A DNA stretch of 40,433 nucleotides from positions 1 through 40,433 of IMG/VR virus record IMGVR_UViG_3300040801_001252. One strand, given 5' to 3'. How positions within the stretch are numbered: the first letter of the stretch is position 1; each line of letters begins with the position of its first letter. Of this stretch, positions 14,691 to 22,571 are shown piece by piece. Source of the stretch: a virus. A program made the translations under genes and the position numbers. The notes below the pieces were generated by a model, which saw nothing but the letters and a program-made list of their open reading frames with translations, ran no database searches and was not told where the DNA came from.

Positions 14691-15230
14691 TCAGTCGATC
14701 GAGAACTCGTCGTCGTCGTCGTCCACGGCCTCGAACTCCTCGTCGGCGTTCGGGGCGCCGCCAAGGCGCTCACCCTCTTTGACCTTCTGCACGTTGTTGA
14801 GGCCGAACGAAACGCCCTTGTTCTCGGGCACATCGAACGAGAAAACGGCGATCGACACGTTCGCGTAGCATCCCGACCAGATCTCGCTATCGTCGAGGAT
14901 CGGCTGCACCTGACGGTCAACGACCTGAGGCTTACGCTTGCTCGACGTGTTGATGTAGAACATGCCCTCGTAGATGGGGTCGTCGTCGGCTTTGCCGTCC
15001 TCGTCGGCGTCGTACATGGGATAGGCCTTCTTAGCCATGCTTGCCCATTTCTTGCCGAACTTTTCCTCGCCTTCGGACGTGATCGCCGCGTGCAGTTCGT
15101 CAACTTGCGGGTGATCCTTGGGGATCAGGAGCGCGGTTGAATAGCGGAGTTCTCCATTCTTATTCTCGCGCGGCTCGAAAAGGTTTGCGTAGCTCAGGCG
15201 CACGTTTTTGAGCATGATCTTTGTCGCCAT
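14691..15230 (-). CDS. DUF2815-type phage single-stranded DNA-binding protein
   Basis: The MATKIMLKNVRLSYANLFEPRE... start is characteristic of DUF2815. Acidic C-terminal tail EAVDDDDDEFSID as in SSBs. Confidence 0.8.
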   Translation of the reverse strand: MATKIMLKNVRLSYANLFEPRENKNGELRYSTALLIPKDHPQVDELHAAITSEGEEKFGKKWASMAKKAYPMYDADEDGKADDDPIYEGMFYINTSSKRKPQVVDRQVQPILDDSEIWSGCYANVSIAVFSFDVPENKGVSFGLNNVQKVKEGERLGGAPNADEEFEAVDDDDDEFSID

Positions 15231-15302
15231 AATGACGGTCCTTCTATGTGATAGCCCTACGGGCAGACATTACCGCGAAACCCTCGCGGCAGGGGTTACA
15301 GA

Positions 15303-15488
15303 CTACGAGAGGTAATGCTTGGCAGTCAAGATGAAAAGCCACACAAGAGCGCCAATGATAAGACCGGTCAGGATCAACCCGATAGAGGATTTCGGTGTGA
15401 GGGTCTCCTTTGATAGCGCGACCCAAAAAAGCAGCGCGGCGATCGCGCCAGCGGAATAAAAGTAGATTTCAGCAAAAGCTTGCAGCAT
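15303..15488 (-). CDS. Small two-TM membrane protein (61 aa) in an AT-richer patch
   Basis: MLQAFAEIYFYSAGAIAALLFWVALSKE...GLILTGLIIGALVWLFILTA. The ATG overlaps the DUF2800 stop, and the SD (GAGGAG) is embedded in the DUF2800 3' end. Confidence 0.45.
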   Translation of the reverse strand: MLQAFAEIYFYSAGAIAALLFWVALSKETLTPKSSIGLILTGLIIGALVWLFILTAKHYLS

Positions 15489-16609
15489 CAGTCTAGCTCC
15501 TCAAATTCTCCATCGAGTGGGTTCTTTGCCTCGCTGGCACGTACGAGCTTGACCGCGCCCGGGGGGCGAACCACGAGCGCCTCGACCACGTCCTTGCCGA
15601 GGGCCTTCTTGAGTGCGGTCTGCGTGATCGGTGAACGCGGGGCGTAGGTGTCGAGGTCGAGCCCGGCGGCCTCGATCTCGGCGACGACCATTTCGGGATC
15701 GCGCCACTGTGCGCGCCCGTTGCCTTGCTCGCGCGCCCATCCGGGCACCTTGCGGCCGGCCGCCATGCGGGCCAGAGCGGCCGATTGCATGGCCTTTACC
15801 GTGGCGATGATGTGGTCGGCCTTTTCAAGCCAACCGGCGAGATCTGCGTCGCTCAGGGCGTCGGGATCCTCGACGTGGTCGAGGTCGTCGAACTCGGCCG
15901 TGATCTGAGCCTTACACGACCCGCTCGCAGGGCAGAAGCGACATTGATCCTCGCCCGGTCGAAACGGGGCGTCGCCAGAGAGCGCCAGATTGACCGCGCC
16001 CCGGGCCTCTGCCTTGAAGGCGTGTATCTCGGTCCACGAGACAGAGGTACGCTTTACGCCGCCGGCGCGAGGCTGCACGATCACGATCTCGAACTCGTCG
16101 AAATCATGCCCGGGGAAACGCTCGGCGAGCGCCTCAAGGGCGCCGATCAGGTAGCACATGCCTTGCGTGTTGAGCGTGCCGTCGGCCGCGCGGGCCTCGA
16201 CCGGCACGAAACCGAACTTGAAATCGACCACGGACACGCCCGACCCCTTGATCCCGATCACGTCGGACGTACCCCACATGATATCGGGATCATTGAGGCC
16301 GAGAGCCCGGCCGACGGGCACCTTTATCTCGGTCATAATCCGGTCGAAATCCTCGCCGGCGACAAAGTCGAAACATTCCTCGACGAACCCGAACACGTCG
16401 GCGCCGACCTCGACGCCGTTCGAAGCTGTGAACCCGGGTTCGACGAGTTCGCCGTCGAGCATAAGCTCGACGGCCTCGTGACAAGCGGTGCCGTTCTCGG
16501 CCGCCGCGTTCGTCTCGTTGGGGAATTGCGCGGCGAACCTCAGGGAGGCCGGGCACGCCTTCACGCGCGAAAAAGAGGAGGGGCCAATCTTGGCGTGAAG
16601 CTCAGGCAT
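15488..16609 (-). CDS. DUF2800-type PD-(D/E)XK (Cas4-like) nuclease
   Basis: N-terminus IGPSSFSRVKACPAS and a C-terminal Cys cluster CRFCPASGSCKAQ (Cas4-like Fe-S ligands). Its position next to DUF2815 and PolA is the conserved module order. Confidence 0.8.
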   Translation of the reverse strand: MPELHAKIGPSSFSRVKACPASLRFAAQFPNETNAAAENGTACHEAVELMLDGELVEPGFTASNGVEVGADVFGFVEECFDFVAGEDFDRIMTEIKVPVGRALGLNDPDIMWGTSDVIGIKGSGVSVVDFKFGFVPVEARAADGTLNTQGMCYLIGALEALAERFPGHDFDEFEIVIVQPRAGGVKRTSVSWTEIHAFKAEARGAVNLALSGDAPFRPGEDQCRFCPASGSCKAQITAEFDDLDHVEDPDALSDADLAGWLEKADHIIATVKAMQSAALARMAAGRKVPGWAREQGNGRAQWRDPEMVVAEIEAAGLDLDTYAPRSPITQTALKKALGKDVVEALVVRPPGAVKLVRASEAKNPLDGEFEELD

Positions 16610-17102
16610 TTTGCTTTATCCATTTTAGTGCGCGTTCAGCATCCATTAGGTTCGTAAAACGGTAATTTAACTGATAACGCACAAGTCCTGTTTTAGATAC
16701 CTCTCGCGATATGTGTTTTGCCCGTCGAGAGGCCATCCTCTTTCTCATGTTAGTTTCTGGAAGAACTTCCTCTAAGTTTTCAATCGTATTATTTATCCTA
16801 ATTCCGTCTTTATGGTGAATGTGCATTCCCTTTTTAGGCCACCTTAATCTGTGCCATAGAAAAACAACACGATGAACTGCAAAGTTTGTCCGAAAAACAC
16901 GAACCCGCAAATAGCCTCCGCTAGCTTGGCGACCGACCGGCAAAACAGCTAATTTCCCTTTAAGTATAGGGCGGCGGCTTAACGCCTCCTCCGTCCAATA
17001 CAAATGGCCGGTAGGTTCATAGCGAAACAAAATTCTCACATTATGAGGTCCGAGGCGGCCGTCGGCCGCCTCGTTAAACTCGCTGGCTCCTACTCTAGTC
17101 AT
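16602..17102 (-). CDS. HNH homing-type endonuclease (free-standing, low GC)
   Basis: GGYLRVRVFRTNFAVHRVVFLWH...MHIHHKDGIRINNTIENLEEV is an HNH_3-type motif. Sampled lines give 30-42% G+C against ~62% in flanking genes. ATGA and ATGCCTGA overlaps with the neighbours. Confidence 0.8.
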   Translation of the reverse strand: MTRVGASEFNEAADGRLGPHNVRILFRYEPTGHLYWTEEALSRRPILKGKLAVLPVGRQASGGYLRVRVFRTNFAVHRVVFLWHRLRWPKKGMHIHHKDGIRINNTIENLEEVLPETNMRKRMASRRAKHISREVSKTGLVRYQLNYRFTNLMDAERALKWIKQNA

Positions 17103-17638
17103 CCCATCGCCTCGACGAGCTTGTCGGCATAATCGCGGCGCTCGCCCTCGGGCACAGAACCGGGGTTCTTGTGTGGGGCCATGATCCCGCCGACGACCTC
17201 GTTACCGAGCTTCTTGGCCGCCTTGACGATGATCGCGCGGAACTCGTCGAGGTCCATCGCGGGCTCGTCGTCGTCGTCGTCGTCGCCAATGTCGAACCCC
17301 TCGTCGTCGATCTCGGCGCAGATCGTGCGAAGCTCGTCGAGAACAGCCTCGGCCGGTTGGTCGGTCGGAATTGCCTTGGGCAGGCCCTTGATATCCGCCT
17401 CGGTGGCCTTGGCGAACAGTTCCTCGATCTCGCGGTCGATCGACATTTCGTCTTTCGTCCGCTTCTTGTTGCCGGTGCCCGGTTGCCCGTAGGCGCGGGG
17501 CTCGTCGTCGATCTTGTCGTCGAGGACCACTTCTGCGCGGGAGATCGCCGCCATAAGGACAGAGCCGCCGAGAAGCGCGATCGCCTCCGGGGTCTCGTGT
17601 TCGCCTTTGGCGGTGTCGAGTTCGATTGTGATTTTCAT
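17099..17638 (-). CDS. Acidic protein (179 aa), first gene of the leftward arm
   Basis: ATG at 17638 (MKITIELDTAKGEHE...) with GGAGAG SD. Contains DDEGFDIGDDDDDDEPAMDLDEF; the (GTC)6 run at 17267-17284 encodes D6. The 652-aa track ORF upstream of this ATG is antisense to the helicase gene. Confidence 0.6.
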   Translation of the reverse strand: MKITIELDTAKGEHETPEAIALLGGSVLMAAISRAEVVLDDKIDDEPRAYGQPGTGNKKRTKDEMSIDREIEELFAKATEADIKGLPKAIPTDQPAEAVLDELRTICAEIDDEGFDIGDDDDDDEPAMDLDEFRAIIVKAAKKLGNEVVGGIMAPHKNPGSVPEGERRDYADKLVEAMG

Positions 17639-17661
17639 GTCTAGCTCTCCTTCTGAGCGTG

Positions 17662-17691
17662 TTGACGTTGTCGCAGAGACTACGTTATACA
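17662..17691 (+). promoter_or_regulatory. Candidate sigma70-type rightward promoter
   Basis: TTGACG (17662-17667), a 17-nt spacer, then TTATAC (17685-17690). About 40 nt upstream of the ATG at 17738. Confidence 0.4.
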
Positions 17692-17711
17692 GATTACGCC
17701 ACACCCGGCAA
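17684..17711 (-). promoter_or_regulatory. Candidate sigma70-type leftward promoter
   Basis: On the minus strand: TTGCCG (17711-17706), a 16-nt spacer, then TATAAC (17689-17684). About 40 nt upstream of the ATG at 17638. Its -10 overlaps the rightward -10 in 5 of 6 bp. Confidence 0.4.
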
Positions 17712-17737
17712 GCTAGAATTTCACAGGAGCTAGACAC

Positions 17738-19117
17738 ATGACCCTCAACGCCGACCAACAGCGTGCGTTCGACGCCTTCACCCAATTCGCCGACAGCGAC
17801 GGCACCATGTTCGCCATGTTCGGCGCCGCCGGCACCGGAAAGAGCTTCACGAGCGGGCGCATGCTCGACGTGATCCGGCCGACGATCACGAGAGACGTTA
17901 CCGGGTTCGACGGCGTGTCGCGCTCGATCAAAATTCCGAACATGGACGAAATGCTGTGGCTCGCGCCGACGTGGAAAGCCGTGCGGATCGCCGGTCGGTT
18001 CCTGAGCGAGAACGGGCTCGACGACTACGAGATCGGCTATGACGCCTATCACCACGAAACCGGCCGGTTGATCCTGACCACGACGCAACAGGCGCTCGGA
18101 CTGCGCCCGGTGATCGACGACGACCAGACCGACGACAAGGTGTCGTTTGGCAAGGTCGGTCGCAGTCTGATCGAGGCGCTCAAGCCTCGGTGGATCGTAA
18201 TCGACGAGGTCAGCATGCTTTCGTGGGATCACCTCAAGGATCTCGCGAAGGCGTGCCGTGACGCCGGATGCAAGATCCTGATCCTCGGCGACCCCAACCA
18301 GTTGCCGCCGGTCAAGGCGCAGGAGATCAAGTGGGATCGCATCGAGAACCGCCACGAGTTGACGCAGATCATGCGCCAGAGCGGCGACAGCATGATCCCG
18401 CATTTCGGCCGGGCGATCCTCGACGGCAAGGATTGGGACGGCTTGACCGGTGCAGGTCTGACCAAGAGCATGCGGGCCGTCTCGCAGTTCATAGAGGAGG
18501 TAGGCGTGCCCTCGCTCGACGAGGAACAACGCGACGTTTTCGTAGCCTACCGCAACGCGACCGTTGACCGGGTGCAGGAGGCCGCCGCGCAGCGGGTCTA
18601 TGGGCACTCGGCGACCGAGTTCGCACCGGGCGAGGTCGTGATCGCGCAAAGCGCGCTGCACTCTCAAAGCGGCATGGTCGTAGCAAATCAGGATCAGCTT
18701 GAGGTGCTCTCGATCGACGGGAAAGGCCGGTGGGGCGATCTCGTTCGCGTTCGCAACCTCGCGGGGCGCACGGTCTACGCCGAATACCTGAGCGGCGCCG
18801 ACATGGCGAACCCGCGTCACCCTTACCGGATCGAGCTTGACGCGCGCCGCAAGGCGGCGATGGGGCTGCAAGAGGAGTGGAAAGCCAACCGTCGCAACGA
18901 CAGCTTGAACTCGCGCCGCAAGGAAGCGTGGGCCTCGTTTTTCGAACTCAAGGATCGCACGGTTCTGGATTTCGCGCACCCGTTCGCGATCACCTCGCAC
19001 AAGTCGCAGGGATCGAGCTACCGTCGCACCTTCATCGCGGCACAGGAGCTTGCGCAATTCTCCTCGCGCTCGCTCTACGTGGCCGCAACACGTCCTCGAA
19101 AGGAGTTGGTCTATTGA
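17738..19117 (+). CDS. RecD/Dda-like SF1 DNA helicase
   Basis: Walker A FGAAGTGKSF, DEVSML (Walker B), and C-terminal ITSHKSQGSSY...LYVAATRPRKEL, typical of the AAA_30/UvrD_C_2 architecture. Confidence 0.85.
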   Translation: MTLNADQQRAFDAFTQFADSDGTMFAMFGAAGTGKSFTSGRMLDVIRPTITRDVTGFDGVSRSIKIPNMDEMLWLAPTWKAVRIAGRFLSENGLDDYEIGYDAYHHETGRLILTTTQQALGLRPVIDDDQTDDKVSFGKVGRSLIEALKPRWIVIDEVSMLSWDHLKDLAKACRDAGCKILILGDPNQLPPVKAQEIKWDRIENRHELTQIMRQSGDSMIPHFGRAILDGKDWDGLTGAGLTKSMRAVSQFIEEVGVPSLDEEQRDVFVAYRNATVDRVQEAAAQRVYGHSATEFAPGEVVIAQSALHSQSGMVVANQDQLEVLSIDGKGRWGDLVRVRNLAGRTVYAEYLSGADMANPRHPYRIELDARRKAAMGLQEEWKANRRNDSLNSRRKEAWASFFELKDRTVLDFAHPFAITSHKSQGSSYRRTFIAAQELAQFSSRSLYVAATRPRKELVY

Positions 19118-19851
19118 AAATTGCAGTTTGGTTTTCCAGCGGGGCAGCTAGTGCGGTTGCCGCAAAACTTACGATAGAAAAGTACGGCGCAGATCACGAG
19201 GTCGTCGTAGTTAACAATCCCGTCGCAGAGGAGCACCCAGATAACGAGCGGTTTTTAAAGGACGTAGAGAGGTGGCTTGGGCAAGAAATAGAAATAGCCA
19301 TAAACCCGGATTATTTTACATGCAGCGCCCGCGACGTATGGGAGAGAAAGCAATATATGGCCGGGGTATCTGGCGCTCCTTGCACGACGGAGCTTAAAAA
19401 GAAGGCTAGGCAGTATTGGGAGAGAGAAAACAATCCCGACATGCATGTATTGGGTTTCACGATAGACGAACAAAAGCGGTATGACCGTTTTATCATGTCG
19501 GAGCGTGAAAACGTGTTACCGGTGTTAATAGACGCCGGATACACTAAACAAGATTGTTTGGATTTGTTGTTAAAGGAGAATATTGACCCTCCCATTACTT
19601 ACGCCCTCGGTATGCCGAATTCGAATTGTTTGGCATGCGTTAAGGCCTCAAGTCCAACGTATTGGAACCTTATGCGAAAGATTGCGCCAGAGGCGTTTTC
19701 AGATAGAGCCGAACAATCCCGGCGCTTGGGCGCTCGATTGGTTCGAGTTAAGGGCAAGCGCATTTTCTTGGACGAACTCGACCCCGAGGCAAAAGGGGCG
19801 CCCTTGAAGACCATGCAAATAGAGTGCGGAATATTTTGCGAGGAAGATTGA
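19114..19851 (+). CDS. PP-loop ATPase of the PAPS-reductase-like family (low GC)
   Basis: TTG at 19114 overlaps the helicase stop (TTGA), with AGGAG 8 nt upstream. LKIAVWFSSGAASAVAA is a degenerate SGGxDS PP-loop. C-terminal Cys motifs NSNCLACVK and IECGIFC. Sampled lines give ~42-43% G+C. Confidence 0.7.
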   Translation: MKIAVWFSSGAASAVAAKLTIEKYGADHEVVVVNNPVAEEHPDNERFLKDVERWLGQEIEIAINPDYFTCSARDVWERKQYMAGVSGAPCTTELKKKARQYWERENNPDMHVLGFTIDEQKRYDRFIMSERENVLPVLIDAGYTKQDCLDLLLKENIDPPITYALGMPNSNCLACVKASSPTYWNLMRKIAPEAFSDRAEQSRRLGARLVRVKGKRIFLDELDPEAKGAPLKTMQIECGIFCEED

Positions 19852-19877
19852 CGAGTTAGCCAAAGCCTGCATTGTGG

Positions 19878-19911
19878 GAGGCCCGGGCGGTAGCAGATAC
19901 GCCCGGGCCTC
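19878..19911 (+). other. 12-bp perfect GC-rich hairpin downstream of the PP-loop gene
   Basis: gaggcccgggcg (19878-19889) pairs with cgcccgggcctc (19900-19911), with a 10-nt loop. No U-tract follows. Confidence 0.4.
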
Positions 19912-19979
19912 TACCCGCCTCACATGACCGGGTGGCGCGGCAAACCCAAGAAATCCACACCACGGAATGAGGTCTACTC

Positions 19980-22349
19980 ATGAATAAACCCAATATCTTG
20001 ATCCCGCAAGCCCTCCCTAGTGTTTTCGAGGCGGCGCGGGCCGAGGAGAATTGGCTGATCTTTGCCGTCGGCAAGCCCGACGAACGGGGAAAGCGGGCAA
20101 AGCGGCCCGTCGCGCGCGACAAGCCTTATGTGTGGGTCAACCGGGACAAGGCGGCCTCGTTCACCTTCGACAAGGCCGTCGAGCGTATGAAAGCGTTTCG
20201 CGATTGGGACGGTGGCCTTGACGCGATCAACCGGCGGGCCGAGGAACGCCGGGAAAAGATGATCGCCGACGGCAAGAAACCCGGGCCGGCGATCGAGGTC
20301 GAGGGCTACCGGCTCGGGTACTTCCCGCGTGAAGACAGCGCCCTCGTGGCGCTCGATTTCGACAACGCCGTGCACGACGGGGTGATCCTCGATTTCGAGG
20401 TCGCCGGTGCCGTAGAAGCGAGCGAGGCTTACGTCGAGATCTCGTCGAGCGGAACGGGGTTGCGGGTGTTCATGCCGCGCCAGTGGGGCGATGAGAGCCT
20501 GCACCACGGCGAGGTGAACGACGTGGGGGTGTTCGTCTCGGCCAAGGGCGCGGCGTGCGCGATCACCTTCGACACGGTCAAGGACGGCGCCGGGCGCGAT
20601 CAGGCATTGTTTGACCTCGTGATAGGGCGCATGGGCGCCATCGAGGAGCGCGGAGAGGATCGGGAGCCGGTCGAGATCGCCGATCAGGTACTAGAGTTCG
20701 GCCGCATCGAGGTCGAGACGTTCCGCGAGATCGTGTCGGCCGTCAAGAACGATGACCGGTTCGAGAGTTTCGACGAGTGGTTCGGCATGGTGCGCGGTGC
20801 GCGCGAATATTACGAGGTCGTCGATCCCGATCGCCTCGACGAGGTGCGCGAGATCGTCGAGGCGTGGTGCGAGGCGTGGGACGGCGGCGAGCATGACCCC
20901 GACAAGTTCGAGGACGTATGGGAACGTCGGCCGCGCGCCGGGAGCAAGGCCGGGGTTGGGTCTTGGGTCCACTACGCGCGAGAGTGCGGGTGGAAGGCCG
21001 ACGAGGCGCCAGAGGAGGCGACAGTGCCGGCGGCGATCATTACGACCCGCAAGGAGGCCCTTGAGCGGTTCGTGCTCGTGGGCGGGCAGTTCTACGATCG
21101 CCTCGACCGGCAGTTGCTCGATCGCGGCAACGCCGGGCTCGTGAACGCGATCGCCCGGGCGTTCACCGAGAAGACCAAGAAGGGCCCTGTCCCAATGAGC
21201 GCGGACAAGGTCATATCCTACATGCGGCACAACGCGAAGGCATACCGGGCGGTCAAGTTCTTGCCCGGGGAGCCCGAGATCGTCGGTGACACGATCAACT
21301 CATGGGAGCGGCCGGGGGAATACCCGACGGGCGACGTGTCGCCGTGGTTCGACCATATCGTGACGCTCTACGGCCGTGAGGCGGCCGATATCCTGACGGA
21401 TTGGCTCGCGTTCGTGTTGCAGAACCCCGGCAAAAAGGCCGGTTGGGCGCCCGTCCTGATCGGGCCGCCGCGCTGCGGCAAGGATACGATTATCACGCCG
21501 GTTGTAGATGCGATCGGGCCGCATGCGGTTCCGAACATGGGGCTGGAAGCCCTAGAGAAAGAGCATAACGGGTGGCTTGAGCGTACGCTCCTCTTGGTCA
21601 TGCAAGAGAACGTTTCCGGGCGCATGAGCAAGGCCAACGCGGCCGAGAAGCTCAAGACCATGATCGCCGCGCCGCCCAACACCCTGCCCTTGCGCAAGAT
21701 GCAGAAGGACACGGTGCAGATCCCCAACGTGCTCAACATGGCGTTTCTGTCGAACCATATGGACGCCCTCTACATCGAGCGCGAGAACAAGGACCGGTTC
21801 TACCCGATGGTCACGACGACCAAGCCCGACGAGGCGTACTTTGCCCGGTTGCACGGGTGGCTCGGTGGCGGCGGGGCCGAGAAAGTCGTCGGCTACCTGC
21901 AACGCCGAAAGGTGACGCGGGTCACTGAGCGCGGCCGTGCGCCAATGAGCGAGTACCTCGACGCGATCGTCGCGGCGAGCCTGCCAGAGGGCGGCCTCGA
22001 CGTTATGGACTACGTGAGCGACAAGCGATGGGTTTCGACCAAGCACCTCAAGACGGCGATCGGGTCTCACGAGTTCGGGTCGTCGCCGGGGTGGCGCATG
22101 ACCGACCGGGGGATCGCCGCCGCCCTCGCGGCGGCCGGGTTCGTCAAACCGTGGGATCGCGTCTCGGTTCGGGACGGCGACAGCGTGGTGCATCACCGGG
22201 TTTATGTGCGCGCCGAGGCCGTACCCCTTTCCTATGACCTCGTTGCCGAGGCTTTACGCCAAGGAGGAGAGAAACTGAGCCAAGCGCAAAAGATACCCCT
22301 TAGAGGGGGTACAGAGGGCCTAAAGGGTATCGGAAAAAAGATAGAGTGA
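19980..22349 (+). CDS. Primase-helicase (prim-pol N-terminal domain plus VirE/D5-like P-loop NTPase)
   Basis: 789 aa. LVALDFDNAV and EISSSGTGLRVFM are prim-pol motifs. Walker A is LIGPPRCGKDT in the C-terminal half. Confidence 0.85.
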   Translation: MNKPNILIPQALPSVFEAARAEENWLIFAVGKPDERGKRAKRPVARDKPYVWVNRDKAASFTFDKAVERMKAFRDWDGGLDAINRRAEERREKMIADGKKPGPAIEVEGYRLGYFPREDSALVALDFDNAVHDGVILDFEVAGAVEASEAYVEISSSGTGLRVFMPRQWGDESLHHGEVNDVGVFVSAKGAACAITFDTVKDGAGRDQALFDLVIGRMGAIEERGEDREPVEIADQVLEFGRIEVETFREIVSAVKNDDRFESFDEWFGMVRGAREYYEVVDPDRLDEVREIVEAWCEAWDGGEHDPDKFEDVWERRPRAGSKAGVGSWVHYARECGWKADEAPEEATVPAAIITTRKEALERFVLVGGQFYDRLDRQLLDRGNAGLVNAIARAFTEKTKKGPVPMSADKVISYMRHNAKAYRAVKFLPGEPEIVGDTINSWERPGEYPTGDVSPWFDHIVTLYGREAADILTDWLAFVLQNPGKKAGWAPVLIGPPRCGKDTIITPVVDAIGPHAVPNMGLEALEKEHNGWLERTLLLVMQENVSGRMSKANAAEKLKTMIAAPPNTLPLRKMQKDTVQIPNVLNMAFLSNHMDALYIERENKDRFYPMVTTTKPDEAYFARLHGWLGGGGAEKVVGYLQRRKVTRVTERGRAPMSEYLDAIVAASLPEGGLDVMDYVSDKRWVSTKHLKTAIGSHEFGSSPGWRMTDRGIAAALAAAGFVKPWDRVSVRDGDSVVHHRVYVRAEAVPLSYDLVAEALRQGGEKLSQAQKIPLRGGTEGLKGIGKKIE

Positions 22350-22493
22350 ACAAAGGTTTGCGGCGTGTTTCCCCTTGTTACCCCTTATTACATTATAGAG
22401 AGTAAGATATAAAAAAGGGGCATACACAGTGTATGGTACAAGTCAGAGTGCAAAATAAGAAAGAAGGGGTCACAGGGGTACAAGGGGGTACAA
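22294..22493. repeat. Repeat cluster of GGGGTA(C/A)A-type units in both orientations, flanking a 16% G+C stretch and a 15-bp palindrome
   Basis: TACCCC at 22294 and GGGGTACA at 22306. CCCCTTGTTACCCC at 22371-22384 gives inverted units. AT-rich stretch at 22385-22416. GGGGCATACA at 22417. Palindrome CATACACAGTGTATG at 22421-22435. Tandem GGGGTCACA/GGGGTACAA/GGGGGTACAA at 22466-22493. Confidence 0.8.
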
Positions 22494-22571
22494 CCCATCG
22501 CCCCGGTGGGATAGGGGCAAATCGACCTTGATAGATTGCCAGCGGGAAGAATACGCAGTAGATTGTGCCTT

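Noticed and set aside
17639-19057. N-terminal 470 aa of the 652-aa minus-strand ORF 17099..19057
   Set aside because: It is antisense to the well-supported RecD-like helicase gene and runs through the divergent promoter gap. Only the last 179 codons (from ATG 17638, with an SD) look real. This is a typical high-GC shadow ORF.
18877-19113. Long 5' extension of the PP-loop ORF (track ORF 18877..19851)
   Set aside because: It overlaps the helicase 3' end in another frame at backbone GC. The low-GC segment, the SD (AGGAG) and TTG 19114 mark the real start.
22466-22493. Tandem GGGGTACAA units as a possible CRISPR or minisatellite array
   Set aside because: There are only three ~9-10-bp units with no spacers. 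They are better explained as protein-binding iterons.
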